From Acidimicrobiia bacterium (GTDB taxonomy: Bacteria; Actinomycetota; Acidimicrobiia; UBA2766): DNA of 64,000 nt. This document shows, piece after piece, positions 52,212-62,041 of the stretch. Made by a program: the position numbers and the translations under genes. The stretch's first letter is position 1. The number at the start of each line of letters is the position of its first letter. The notes under the pieces are model-generated. The model saw only the letters and a list, made by a program, of their open reading frames with translations. It searched no databases and was not told the origin of the DNA. The stretch spans positions 1,856 to 65,855 of the forward strand of contig JBCKKC010000003.1 in NCBI GenBank assembly GCA_038904395.1, read 5' to 3'.

Positions 52212-52429
52212 CTTCAGATCCTCTGTCATCCTGAGCTCTGGCGCCAGCCAGGGCGTGAGGATCCATCTGTAGCGAAGCCGCAGGTCTACCCGCAGATTCG
52301 ATCCATTTTGAATCGCTCGCTGCGCTCGCAACATTCGGATTCCTGGATCCTCACGGTCGGCTAGCGCCTCCCTCAGGATGACGAAAGGCTTGGTAGCGCC
52401 ACTTTTGCGAGGAGGGGGTGAATGGTTAC
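52212..52429. repeat. MITE/BIME-like repeat copy R7 in the nuoI2-nuoJ2 junction
   Basis: B arms gtcatcctgagctctggcgccagccagggcgtgaggatcca and ggattcctggatcctcacggtcggctagcgcctccctcaggatgac. Core shared with R1. Terminus gtgaatggttac (52418-52429). Flanked by a 14-bp direct repeat, ccatcatggcctcc (52198-52211) and ccatcgtggcctcc (52430-52443). Confidence 0.9.
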
Positions 52430-53082
52430 CCATCGTGGCCTCCATTGTTCACTGCAGGAGCGACTCCGGCAACTCCGGCCGTCTCAGCATTCTGACCAAG
52501 TTCGGCTGGAGGAACTCCTCGTCCAGCCTCGCCTGACCACGAAGCGATACCCTCGTATGCAGCGTTGCCGCTGGGAGAAACAGCTCGCATCCAACCACCA
52601 GATTCTTTGAGCGACTCTGGGTCATACCATTCGCCCTGATGCTTCGGTGTGCCATCAGGCTCCACGAGCAACAGGTCCTTGCCGAAGATAGCCTCGTCAC
52701 GATCGGCAAAGCTGAACTCGAACAAGTTCGACATGGTGATCGCCTCAGTGGGACAAGCCTCTACGCACAAGGCGCAAAAGATGCACCGCAGGAAGTTGAT
52801 CTCATATACATAGCCATACCGCTCACCTGGAGCGACCGGAGCGTCAACGGGGTTGTCGGCTCCACGCACGTAAATGCACTTGGCCGGACACACACCAGCA
52901 CACAGCTCGCAACCAATGCACTTTTCCATGCCGTCTTCGTACCGATTGAGCACGTGGCGGCCATGAAAGCGGGGCGGCTTTTCTTTGATCTCTTTCGGAA
53001 ACTGGATCGTGACCGGCTTGCGGAAGAAGTTGTGCATGGTCACGCCCATGGCTTTGACAATCGCACCTAGATTCATTGCCAT
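52426..53082 (-). CDS. nuoI: NADH-quinone oxidoreductase subunit I (operon 2); start taken at MAMNLG
   Basis: CIGCELCAGVCP and CIFCALCVEACP. The ATG at 53082 lies 1 nt after the nuoH2 stop. The stop codon TAA lies in the terminus of repeat R7. Confidence 0.9.
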   Translation of the reverse strand: MAMNLGAIVKAMGVTMHNFFRKPVTIQFPKEIKEKPPRFHGRHVLNRYEDGMEKCIGCELCAGVCPAKCIYVRGADNPVDAPVAPGERYGYVYEINFLRCIFCALCVEACPTEAITMSNLFEFSFADRDEAIFGKDLLLVEPDGTPKHQGEWYDPESLKESGGWMRAVSPSGNAAYEGIASWSGEAGRGVPPAELGQNAETAGVAGVAPAVNNGGHDG

Positions 53083-53083
53083 A

Positions 53084-54124
53084 TCATCGGCCCCCAAACC
53101 AGTTCGGTAAGTGACCCTCAACTTGCAAGGCCACAAGAAATGCGATCACCATCGTGTAGACAAGGTTGATTGGAATCAATACTTTCCAACCAAACTGCAT
53201 GAGCTTGTCATAGCGAATACGTGGCACCGTGACGCGAATCCAGAAGAATATGAATATCAATATGGACGTCTTGAGCAGGAACCAAATCAAGCCCCACAGG
53301 CCAGGAAGTCCGAAAAAGACCGGACCTTGCCAGCCACCCAAAAAGAAGGTTGTAGCCAACGCCGAAATGGTGATGACGTTGATGTACTCCGCTAGATAGA
53401 AGAGGGCAAACCGGATGCCCGAGTACTCGGTATGAAAGCCTCCAACCAATTCAGTCTCAGCTTCAACAAGGTCAAACGGCGGACGGTTCGTTTCGGCAAG
53501 TCCGGCGATGAAGAAGAAAAAGAACGGTATAACGAGCGGGACTATGAACCACCAATAGGTTCCCTGAGCATTCACGATATCTTGCAGTTCCATGGACCCA
53601 GCCAAGATCACTACCGGCACCATTGCCAACGACATGGCAGCCTCGTAGGAAATGACTTGAGCGGACGCTCGCACCCCACCCAAGAGTGGGTATTTTGAGC
53701 CGGACGACCAACCGGCCAGCATCGAGCTGTAAACACCAATCGAGCTCATCGCCAAAAACCACAAAAGGCCGACGTTTAGGTTGGCGATCTGCATCGGAAC
53801 AAAGCGGCCAATGATGTTGAAGCCGGGACCAAACGGGATAATAGCAAAAGCCAAAAAGGCCGGCACCATCGCCAGGATTGGCGCCAATTCGTAGACGATC
53901 CGGTCGGCCCGAAGTGGCACGATGCTCTCTTTGAAAAACAGCTTGATGCCGTCGGCAAGGGTGATCAATACGCCGCCAGGACCAGCTTGATTTGGCCCAA
54001 TCCGAGTCTGCATATACGAAGCAACTTTGCGTTCGCCCCACACTGTAAGCATCGTAAAAATGAGCAGCCCGAAGAAAACGACAATTACTGAAATGGCTTT
54101 AATCAGAAATCCCCAGAAATCCAC
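53084..54124 (-). CDS. nuoH: NADH-quinone oxidoreductase subunit H (operon 2)
   Basis: GWSSGSKYPLLGGVRASAQVISYE and PFDLVEAETELVGGF. Confidence 0.92.
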   Translation of the reverse strand: MDFWGFLIKAISVIVVFFGLLIFTMLTVWGERKVASYMQTRIGPNQAGPGGVLITLADGIKLFFKESIVPLRADRIVYELAPILAMVPAFLAFAIIPFGPGFNIIGRFVPMQIANLNVGLLWFLAMSSIGVYSSMLAGWSSGSKYPLLGGVRASAQVISYEAAMSLAMVPVVILAGSMELQDIVNAQGTYWWFIVPLVIPFFFFFIAGLAETNRPPFDLVEAETELVGGFHTEYSGIRFALFYLAEYINVITISALATTFFLGGWQGPVFFGLPGLWGLIWFLLKTSILIFIFFWIRVTVPRIRYDKLMQFGWKVLIPINLVYTMVIAFLVALQVEGHLPNWFGGR

Positions 54125-54128
54125 AGGA

Positions 54129-56702
54129 CTAATTCACCTTCTTCGCTCTCTTGACGTTCACAATCATTTCCGGCAACAACTTAACAGACTCGACCTGAGC
54201 ATGCGGGATGACCGCTGTGCCCGGCACGACCGACCGGCGAGCCTCAATGGTAAATTCGTGTTCCCAATTCTCTCCTGATGCTGAGACAATTTCGCCAACC
54301 TCGAAGCCCCGTCGGGCTAGGTCTTCAGGATGAATGCGAATCACGGGCCCGGGCCTCAAATCAGCAAGAGATGGACAGTGCCCGACAAGTGAGCCACGAT
54401 CATACAAGGAACGCGACACTTGCAAGGCAAAACGCCCACTAGCCGGACTCACACGTTCGAGAGCCGGTTGACGTGTCTGATCTGAGCGATACTGTGCGGC
54501 AAATAGGTCAGGCTTGAGGCCATTGACTATGCGGCCTTGCGCTTCGTGGACCAGCACGCCTTCGCGGCCAGCCTTGCGTGCCCGAGTGCCTTGGCCAGCC
54601 CCCGGGAAGCGTCCGTCAGCGCCAAGAATGTCGTTGTAAGCGGGAGCCACTTGCGAGATCTCAAACAGGGTTGATTCCGGACTTTGGCAGCCGAATTCGA
54701 TGCCCAAACCGAAAGCTACTTCTCGGAATAGATCGGCATCGCTACTGGCCTGGCCGGGCGCCACAACTTTGGCAACCACACGTTGTACTCGCCCCTCAAT
54801 ATTGGTAACGGTGCCATCGACCTCACCCCAGCCAGCACATGGAATCACCAAGTCGGCAAGGTCAGTGCTGCGTGTGGCAAAGAGATCGAGCGCCACTACA
54901 AAGTCACACTTTTCAAAGGCCGCCCGGGCCAAGTCGGGGTCGGGAAAATCAGCAATCGGATCGCTGCCAACAAGAAAGAGCACGTCGATATCACCACGGG
55001 CGGCAGCTTCGAGAATCCCGCGTGTGTCTCGACCCGGAACGGTCGGCACCTTGCCCGTCCACACTTTGGCCAGCTGGCCTCGGTTCTCGGGATCATCAAC
55101 GCTAACCCTGCCTGGCAAAAGTTCAGGCGACAAGCCCATGTCAAGAGCACCGTGAGCGTTCGAGCGGCGCAGCACAGGCATGAGTTTGACTCGGTCACCA
55201 AGCTGAGCGGCAAGCTCAAGCGCCCACAAGCACAGTTGAGCGGGATCCTGGGTAAGGCTCTGGCGCCCCACAATAAGGACGACATTGCCCTCAGTCGGCA
55301 AGTCGGTTGCGGTAACGACGTCAGCAGTCACCGTGCGTTTCTTGGCGAACTGATCCAGGCCCGATTGCATACCGCCGGCAATCAACAAGGGGACATCGTG
55401 GTTGTCAGCAGCGTCTCGGACACGCAAGTAAAGGATGGGGAGTTCGTCTTTGAGATCGGGACAAGCCAACACAATCGCTGCTGCTGATTCGAGATCACCA
55501 ATCGTGGCCCGGTTCTGAGCGCCGGCAACAAAGGCTGCCGGCAAGCCATCGTCGAGTTGACAGTCAACGTCGTTACTGCCACAAACAACCCGCATAAATT
55601 TCGAGACAACGTAAGCCTCTTCGTTGGTGAGGCGAGCACCACCGATCGCGGCAACTTTCACATCTTGGTGAAGCTTGGCACAAATCATTTCAACGGCTTG
55701 GGCCCATGTGACCTCTTCGGCGGCAACATGCTTGCCCTCGCGAGGCTGGCGCAACGGCGTAGTAAGTCGCTCGTCGGATGCCACATATTCGTAGCCAAAT
55801 CGGCCCTTGTCACACAACCAGCCCCAGTTGACAGACTCTGTGTCAACCCCATTGAGGCGAATCGGCACATCACGAGTTTCATATAGCACCCCGCGACAGC
55901 CCACGGAACACATAGTGCAAGTGGTTTCGGCAGCGGTGACATCCCATGGACGGGCCTTGAACCGGTATGGCGTGGCCGTCAATGCTCCGACCGGACAAAT
56001 CTGCACAACGTTGCCAGAGAAGTATGAGCTAAAGGGCGCGTTCGGGTAGGTGACAATGTGGAGATCGTTGCCGCGATGACTGAATTCCAAAAGCGGATCA
56101 CCCGCCACTTCGGCGGCAAAACGAGTGCAACGAGCACATTGAATGCAGCGCTCCCGGTCAAGCAAAACTAAGTCGGAAACCGGAATGGGCTTCTCGAAGT
56201 GACGTTTGGCCTCAACAAAACGTGATTCGCCCGGACCAAACGACATCGTGTGGTCTTGGAGCGGGCACTCGCCACCCCTGTCACATACAGGGCAGTCGAG
56301 GGGATGGTTGATGAGGAGAAACTCCAGAACCCCTTCCTGGGCCTTTTCGACCTCGGGAGTCTTGGTCTCAACCTTCATGCCGTCAGACACTTCATGCCAA
56401 CAGGCGGGCTTGAGCCCCAGTCCTTCAATGTCAACGAGGCACATGCGGCACATCGCCACTGTACGCAGACGTGGATGCCAGCAAAAGCGAGGGATATAGA
56501 CACCCTGGTCCTCAGCAGCCTTGATTAGGAGCTCACCCTTGGGCACTTGCATTTGCTTGCCATCAACGGTGATCCCAACTAGGTCCGTTGCCTGCTCCGC
56601 CACGGCGGTACTTTGGCCCGATGCCCGCCGCACTACAACAGGCGACCCCTTTTCGGAGTCGAGGCTCGTTTTGAATTGAGGTTGTTTGGGCGCATCAGAC
56701 AT
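54129..56702 (-). CDS. nuoG: NADH-quinone oxidoreductase subunit G (operon 2)
   Basis: 857 aa. N-terminal 2Fe-2S/4Fe-4S motifs: CWHPRL...CRMCLV, CPVCDRGGECPLQD and CIQCARCTRF. Confidence 0.92.
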   Translation of the reverse strand: MSDAPKQPQFKTSLDSEKGSPVVVRRASGQSTAVAEQATDLVGITVDGKQMQVPKGELLIKAAEDQGVYIPRFCWHPRLRTVAMCRMCLVDIEGLGLKPACWHEVSDGMKVETKTPEVEKAQEGVLEFLLINHPLDCPVCDRGGECPLQDHTMSFGPGESRFVEAKRHFEKPIPVSDLVLLDRERCIQCARCTRFAAEVAGDPLLEFSHRGNDLHIVTYPNAPFSSYFSGNVVQICPVGALTATPYRFKARPWDVTAAETTCTMCSVGCRGVLYETRDVPIRLNGVDTESVNWGWLCDKGRFGYEYVASDERLTTPLRQPREGKHVAAEEVTWAQAVEMICAKLHQDVKVAAIGGARLTNEEAYVVSKFMRVVCGSNDVDCQLDDGLPAAFVAGAQNRATIGDLESAAAIVLACPDLKDELPILYLRVRDAADNHDVPLLIAGGMQSGLDQFAKKRTVTADVVTATDLPTEGNVVLIVGRQSLTQDPAQLCLWALELAAQLGDRVKLMPVLRRSNAHGALDMGLSPELLPGRVSVDDPENRGQLAKVWTGKVPTVPGRDTRGILEAAARGDIDVLFLVGSDPIADFPDPDLARAAFEKCDFVVALDLFATRSTDLADLVIPCAGWGEVDGTVTNIEGRVQRVVAKVVAPGQASSDADLFREVAFGLGIEFGCQSPESTLFEISQVAPAYNDILGADGRFPGAGQGTRARKAGREGVLVHEAQGRIVNGLKPDLFAAQYRSDQTRQPALERVSPASGRFALQVSRSLYDRGSLVGHCPSLADLRPGPVIRIHPEDLARRGFEVGEIVSASGENWEHEFTIEARRSVVPGTAVIPHAQVESVKLLPEMIVNVKRAKKVN

Positions 56703-56864
56703 TAGAAATCACTTTGGCTGTAGGGCCAGTCGATGAATTATTAGCGCGCTTGCGGCGAGGCCTGGGCGACCCTCGCAAGGCGCGACGACGATGTGTAGCC
56801 GGCCTACTCGAGGAGGAGGAACGCAGCGAGGGGTGGCCAGGACCGTTGCAAACGCCTATGTAAT

Positions 56865-58244
56865 TCATTGACGGGCCCTAACTTCAAGCTTGCGGCGTGT
56901 TAGCGATACTCGACGAGAGCCCGAGCTAGCAGAATCGGCTCCAGTCGCTGTCCCCCCAGGACCACCGTCAGGACCACCAGTCACTCGTGCCTCATAGTCC
57001 CCACGAAACATGCGAATGCTCGATTCAATAGGAGCCACAGCTGACGGAGCAAGAACACAGATCGTAGTGTAAACAGGCGGCCATTTTAGGCCTGGAGAAA
57101 TATTATCGCCGATGTCAAGCAACAAATCTATATCTTGTGACCGGCCCTGACCCGACAAAAGGCGCTCGTATATGTCGCTCAGCCAGGTAATTCCCTCACG
57201 ACATGGAGTGCATTGCCCGCACGATTCCACGGCGAAGAACTTGACAAGTCGCCACGCAGCAGCGACGATATCGGCTTCTTGGTTCATGATCATGATCCCG
57301 CCCGAACCCATCATGGATCCCTTCGAGGCGACGAAATCGTCATCCATCGGATAGTCAAGGGCCTCAGCGCCAAACCACGGGGCGGAAGCTCCTCCGGGGA
57401 TGATCGCCTTCACGGTGCTGTTATTGCGCACTCCCTGGCCCCAACGATCGACAAACTCTCGAAACGTGGTGCCCTGCTCAAGCTCGAAATTGCCCGGACG
57501 GTTCACATCGCCAGACAAGCAAAACAGCCTGGTGCCAGCAGAGCCATCCGTGCCCATCGCTGCAAAGGCCTTACCGCCGTTTTCCATGATCCAGGGCAGA
57601 TACGAAATGGTCTCAACGTTGTTGACAATGGTCGGCTGCGCGTACAGTCCCTCAACGGCTGGGAAAGGTGGCTTGAGGCGGGGCCAAGCGCGATAGCCCT
57701 CGAGTGACGACAGCAACGCGGTCTCTTCACCGGCAATGTAAGCACCACCGGCTCGGTGCACGGTCACTTTAAGAGACATCTTGGTGTCAAAAATATTGCG
57801 GCCCAGGTAGCCGGCGTTTTCTAGTTCCTCGACAGCCTTGGTCAGACGATCATACGCTGTGCGTAACTCACCCCGGCAATATATGAAGGCATGTTCAACT
57901 TCGAGGCAATAGCTGGCGATAATCATGCCTTCAAGCAGCTGGAACGGGTCACGCTCCATAAGCATGCGATCCTTAAACGTGCCGACCTCTGCCTCGTCAC
58001 CGTTAACACACAAGTAACGAGGAAACGACTTGCCGACAAAGCTCCACTTTTTCGCAGTCGGGAAACCAGCTCCGCCCCGCCCACGCAATTTCGATTGCAT
58101 GAGCTCTGTCAGGACGTCCTTCTTGCTCATTTCTTTGAGGGCTTTGCGGGCCGCGACCATGCCGCCCGAGTCGAGGTATGACTTGAGGGTCCAGGAATCG
58201 TTGGGCCGCTCCATCATGCGCTTAGTGACAATCAGCTTGGTCAT
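56865..58244 (-). CDS. nuoF: NADH-quinone oxidoreductase subunit F (operon 2)
   Basis: GRGGAGFPT (FMN/NADH site) and ESCGQCTPCREG (N3 cluster). Gly/Ser-rich C-terminal tail. Confidence 0.93.
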   Translation of the reverse strand: MTKLIVTKRMMERPNDSWTLKSYLDSGGMVAARKALKEMSKKDVLTELMQSKLRGRGGAGFPTAKKWSFVGKSFPRYLCVNGDEAEVGTFKDRMLMERDPFQLLEGMIIASYCLEVEHAFIYCRGELRTAYDRLTKAVEELENAGYLGRNIFDTKMSLKVTVHRAGGAYIAGEETALLSSLEGYRAWPRLKPPFPAVEGLYAQPTIVNNVETISYLPWIMENGGKAFAAMGTDGSAGTRLFCLSGDVNRPGNFELEQGTTFREFVDRWGQGVRNNSTVKAIIPGGASAPWFGAEALDYPMDDDFVASKGSMMGSGGIMIMNQEADIVAAAWRLVKFFAVESCGQCTPCREGITWLSDIYERLLSGQGRSQDIDLLLDIGDNISPGLKWPPVYTTICVLAPSAVAPIESSIRMFRGDYEARVTGGPDGGPGGTATGADSASSGSRRVSLTRRKLEVRARQ

Positions 58245-58966
58245 TTGGCCCCACCCCCACTCGCTGGCACAGCACTAGCCGCTTTGGCCCTTGCCACTGC
58301 CTCTTTGGGGGACAACAGTTTCGGTTGCATTCCCTCAGCAATCTCTTCCGCCGATATCGGAGGCAGCGGAGCACTCTCGGCACCCCGTCGGTACAACACG
58401 GTGTCTAGCCCCCGCTCCTTAATGTCCTCGATGAGCTGGGCAGCCGTATCGGGCGCCAGATACTCAAAGTGGCGGTAGTTGACTTCGAGACAAGGAGCAC
58501 CTCCACAAGCCGCCTGACACTCGGCCTCCTCAATACTCAACATGTTGTCGCCGGTCACTTCATGGGGAGCAACATTAAAATGCTCAAGCAAGTTATCGAG
58601 AAGTTGGCGAGCACCATAGAGCTGGCACGGCATTCCTGTACAAACCGAGACAAGATAGCGACCCTTTGGGGCCATCTTGAACATCTCGTAGAAACTGAGC
58701 GTGCCCAGCACTTCGGCTGGCGTCAAACGCAGGAGGCGGGCAATCTCACGCATGCCCGTATCGGTAAGATGCCCAACGGCGGCCATGTACATGTGTGCCA
58801 GCGGCATGACTGCCGAACGAGACTGCGGATACTCAGCGATTTTAGCCTTGGCCCGCTCGAGCATTTTACCCTGAAAGACCAGGCCAGGCGGCTTAGGCGC
58901 GTCTGCCTGTTTAACCGTCCCGCTCTTCTCTTCGTTCACTTGCTCACTCTGGCCCATCTCACCCAT
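58241..58966 (-). CDS. nuoE: NADH-quinone oxidoreductase subunit E (operon 2)
   Basis: The 2Fe-2S ligand pattern is VCTGMPC...ECQAACGGAPC. Position between nuoD and nuoF. Confidence 0.9.
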   Translation of the reverse strand: MGEMGQSEQVNEEKSGTVKQADAPKPPGLVFQGKMLERAKAKIAEYPQSRSAVMPLAHMYMAAVGHLTDTGMREIARLLRLTPAEVLGTLSFYEMFKMAPKGRYLVSVCTGMPCQLYGARQLLDNLLEHFNVAPHEVTGDNMLSIEEAECQAACGGAPCLEVNYRHFEYLAPDTAAQLIEDIKERGLDTVLYRRGAESAPLPPISAEEIAEGMQPKLLSPKEAVARAKAASAVPASGGGAK

Positions 58967-60382
58967 CTATCTATCAACATCCCCAAGCACCGGATCGATC
59001 GAGGCGATCGTCACCACAGCGTCGGCAACGAGCCCACCCACCATCATCGTCGGCATGGCATGCACAAGGTAAAAACCTGGCGCCCGCGTGTGCTGACGAT
59101 AGGCCTTTGCCGAGCCATCTGATACTAGATAACAACCAAGCTCACCACGCGGCGATTCGGTAGCAACATAGGTCTCGCCAGCAGGCACTTTGAAGCCTTC
59201 AGTATAAAGTTTGAAATGGTGGATCACCGCTTCCATCGAAACGTTGATGCGTTGGCGCGGCGGCGGTGTCACCTTCTTGTCTTGCACCCGATAATCACCT
59301 CGGGGCATGTTGGCTGCGGCCTGGCGCACGATCTTGATCGACTCGGCAATCTCGTCAAGGCGCAACATATAGCGTGAGTAAACATCGCAGCCGTTATAGG
59401 TAATAACATCAAAGTCGTAGTTTTCGTAGCCGCTGTACGGCTCGTCTTTGCGCAGGTCCCATTCAATCCCGCACGCCCGTAGGGTTGGGCCAGTCGCGCC
59501 TAGGGCCACGGCTTCTTCAGGAGTGATAACACCTACGTCTTGGGTACGTTGCAAAAAGATTGGGTTGGCATCGAGCAATTTGCGGGACTCTGCCATGCGG
59601 ACAGTGAGGTGATCGCAGATCTCAGCGACGTCAGCTTGCCAACCATCTGGCAAATCGGCGGCCACGCCACCGGGCCGCACATAGTTATTGTTCATGCGCA
59701 AACCGGTGACCTTCTCGAAGAAGTCCAAGAGCATCTCACGCTCACGCAAGCCGTGAATCATGACCGTGGTCGCGCCCAGGTCGAGTCCTGCGGTAGCCCA
59801 CCACACGAGGTGGCTCGAGATGCGTTGCAACTCAGTCATGAGCACACGGATTACTTGCGCTCTGGGCGGGATTTCAGTCTCGAGCAGCTTCTCGACAGCG
59901 AGTGAAAAGGTGAGCTCATTACCGATCGGGTTCAGATAGTCCATGCGAGTGACGTTCGTACTGCCTTGGGTGTACATGAGCTGCTCGGCAGTCTTTTCCA
60001 TGCCGGTATGCAAGTAGCCGATGATGGGTTTGACCCGCAGGACTTCTTCACCATCGAGTTCCATCATGAGACGCAACACGCCGTGGGTCGACGGATGCTG
60101 CGGGCCCATGTTGATGATCATGGTCTCGTCTTCAGGAGCACTGAGAACATCCCAATCAGCATTTGTCACGAGGGCTTTCTGGACGCCTTTGACTGTGTGC
60201 GTTCGCCCCGGACGCATCAGCTCTTGTTGACCCTCATAGGTTGGGATTCGGGGGGCCAATACTGACGGCGGTACTACCTGCTTTTGAGCGGCAAGATCGA
60301 AGACGACGCTGCTCACATCGGTCTTGGCTGCCGCCGGTGATGATCTATTACTCGTGGGTGCTTTGGAAGGAGAGTCAGCCAC
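58967..60382 (-). CDS. nuoD: NADH-quinone oxidoreductase subunit D (operon 2) with ~70-aa N-terminal extension
   Basis: NMGPQHPSTHGVLRL and a C-terminal VLGDVDR. Confidence 0.92.
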   Translation of the reverse strand: MADSPSKAPTSNRSSPAAAKTDVSSVVFDLAAQKQVVPPSVLAPRIPTYEGQQELMRPGRTHTVKGVQKALVTNADWDVLSAPEDETMIINMGPQHPSTHGVLRLMMELDGEEVLRVKPIIGYLHTGMEKTAEQLMYTQGSTNVTRMDYLNPIGNELTFSLAVEKLLETEIPPRAQVIRVLMTELQRISSHLVWWATAGLDLGATTVMIHGLREREMLLDFFEKVTGLRMNNNYVRPGGVAADLPDGWQADVAEICDHLTVRMAESRKLLDANPIFLQRTQDVGVITPEEAVALGATGPTLRACGIEWDLRKDEPYSGYENYDFDVITYNGCDVYSRYMLRLDEIAESIKIVRQAAANMPRGDYRVQDKKVTPPPRQRINVSMEAVIHHFKLYTEGFKVPAGETYVATESPRGELGCYLVSDGSAKAYRQHTRAPGFYLVHAMPTMMVGGLVADAVVTIASIDPVLGDVDR

Positions 60383-61011
60383 TATTGTGCCCCCTTCTTG
60401 TCACCATTCGGGCTTGGGCTCGGACTCGAGCCAGCTGGCCGCTTCTTCGTGCCACGCCATTCCACGGGCGACCCGACCGGAGTCACATCGTCCTTAAAGG
60501 TCACAGGAATAGTTGCCGTCATGAAGTCCTTGCGCAATGGATGGCCTTCCCAGTCATCGGGCATCAAAATACGGGTTAAATCGGGATGCCCATCAAATGA
60601 GATACCAAACATGTCAAACACTTCACGCTCGGCAGCATCGGCAGAAGGCCAAACGAAGGTCAGCGTCGGACACCTTGGGTTGAGTTCATCGACCGGCACT
60701 CGCAGCCGTAGTCGCTGCTTTTCTGCCAGGTTGAGCAGGTTGACAACGACTTCGAAGCGAGTCGGTTCACCCTGCCAATTTCCCATTGACCGGTCAAAGT
60801 GATCTAAGTAATCAGCCCCAGTCACATCGACGCACATGGCAAAGCGCTTGTTTTGCAACCACTCGGCCAACGGCACCAACGAATCTGGTGCAACTATCAC
60901 AACGCGCTGGCCTTTACTGAGGTCCCAGCCACAATCGGGGAACTCGCCGACAATCTCGGCCAGCAAGTCATCGGGTGGAGAGTCTTTTGGTGTGGTGTTA
61001 TCGCTGATCAT
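60382..61011 (-). CDS. nuoC: NADH-quinone oxidoreductase subunit C (operon 2); start taken at MISDNT, 3 nt after the nuoB2 stop
   Basis: NuoC core AEREVFDMFGISFDGHPDLTRILMPDDWEGHPLRKDF. The ORF-track start at 61104 would overlap nuoB2 by 90 nt. Confidence 0.88.
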   Translation of the reverse strand: MISDNTTPKDSPPDDLLAEIVGEFPDCGWDLSKGQRVVIVAPDSLVPLAEWLQNKRFAMCVDVTGADYLDHFDRSMGNWQGEPTRFEVVVNLLNLAEKQRLRLRVPVDELNPRCPTLTFVWPSADAAEREVFDMFGISFDGHPDLTRILMPDDWEGHPLRKDFMTATIPVTFKDDVTPVGSPVEWRGTKKRPAGSSPSPSPNGDKKGAQ

Positions 61012-61013
61012 CG

Positions 61014-61493
61014 CTAAACCTTGCGCTTGAGGAGTTGCTCCTCTTTGATTTGCTTGTGTAAAAGTTCGATCCCGTGCATCAGAGTTTCTGGCCCGGGCGG
61101 GCACCCCGGCACGTAAACATCGACGGGCACAATCTGGTCAACACCTTGCACAATTGCGTAGTTGTTGAACATCCCGCCGGTGCTTGCGCACGCGCCCATA
61201 GAGATAACCCACTTAGGCTCAGGCATTTGGTCGTAAATCTCACGCAGCACAGGTGCCATTTTCTGGCTCACACGCCCGGCGACAATCATGAGGTCGGCCT
61301 GGCGGGGACTGGCCCGGAAAACTTCCATGCCATAGCGGGCCAGGTCATAATGCGGTCCACCGGTAGCCATCATCTCGATCGCGCAACACGCCAAGCCAAA
61401 CGTGGCCGGCCAGTTGGACCGATACCGAGCCCAGTTAACGAGACCCTCAAGCTTGGTCGTGAAAAAGTTTGCGCTTAGATCGTTGATAGACAT
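61014..61493 (-). CDS. nuoB: NADH-quinone oxidoreductase subunit B (operon 2)
   Basis: [22 protein letters not shown] and [11 protein letters not shown]. Confidence 0.93.
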   Translation of the reverse strand: MSINDLSANFFTTKLEGLVNWARYRSNWPATFGLACCAIEMMATGGPHYDLARYGMEVFRASPRQADLMIVAGRVSQKMAPVLREIYDQMPEPKWVISMGACASTGGMFNNYAIVQGVDQIVPVDVYVPGCPPGPETLMHGIELLHKQIKEEQLLKRKV

Positions 61494-62041
61494 TACACGC
61501 CCTCCCCGCCAGCAGGACCCGGCTCATCCGGCGTCGCCTGACTAGGAGTGGCTGCACGCTCATCGAGATGACCCTGCGCCGCAGCGGCCTCAGCCTCGGA
61601 CACCCGGCCAGCTCCTACTTGGGCCGCTAAAGAATCTTTGCGAAACTGTTCCATGAGCCCTTCCTTTGACAACTTGCGGCTCGGCGCCCACTCCAACACA
61701 CCCTCTCGGCGAATGTATCCATAAGCAATGAACACAATTCCAACGAAGACGAGCATTTCGATGACACCGAACATGCCTAGCTGGCGCATTTTCACAGCCC
61801 AGGGAAAGAGGAATATGATTTCGATATCAAAAGCAATGAACATCACTGCGACGAGGTAAAACTGGACAGGAAAGCGAGGCACGGTTCCTTCTTCAGGAAC
61901 AATTCCACATTCGTACGGCCCAAGTTTTTCGGGTGTCGGGTCTTTCGGGTGCAAGCGGCTTGCCATGAGGCGTGAAAGCGACGCAAATAGGACCGACAAC
62001 ACCAGCATGATCCCAATGCCGAGATATGCAGCCACGTTCAT
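61493..62041 (-). CDS. nuoA: NADH-quinone oxidoreductase subunit A (operon 2) with ~60-aa C-terminal tail
   Basis: PYECGIVPE and [15 protein letters not shown]. First gene of operon 2. Confidence 0.9.
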   Translation of the reverse strand: MNVAAYLGIGIMLVLSVLFASLSRLMASRLHPKDPTPEKLGPYECGIVPEEGTVPRFPVQFYLVAVMFIAFDIEIIFLFPWAVKMRQLGMFGVIEMLVFVGIVFIAYGYIRREGVLEWAPSRKLSKEGLMEQFRKDSLAAQVGAGRVSEAEAAAAQGHLDERAATPSQATPDEPGPAGGEGV

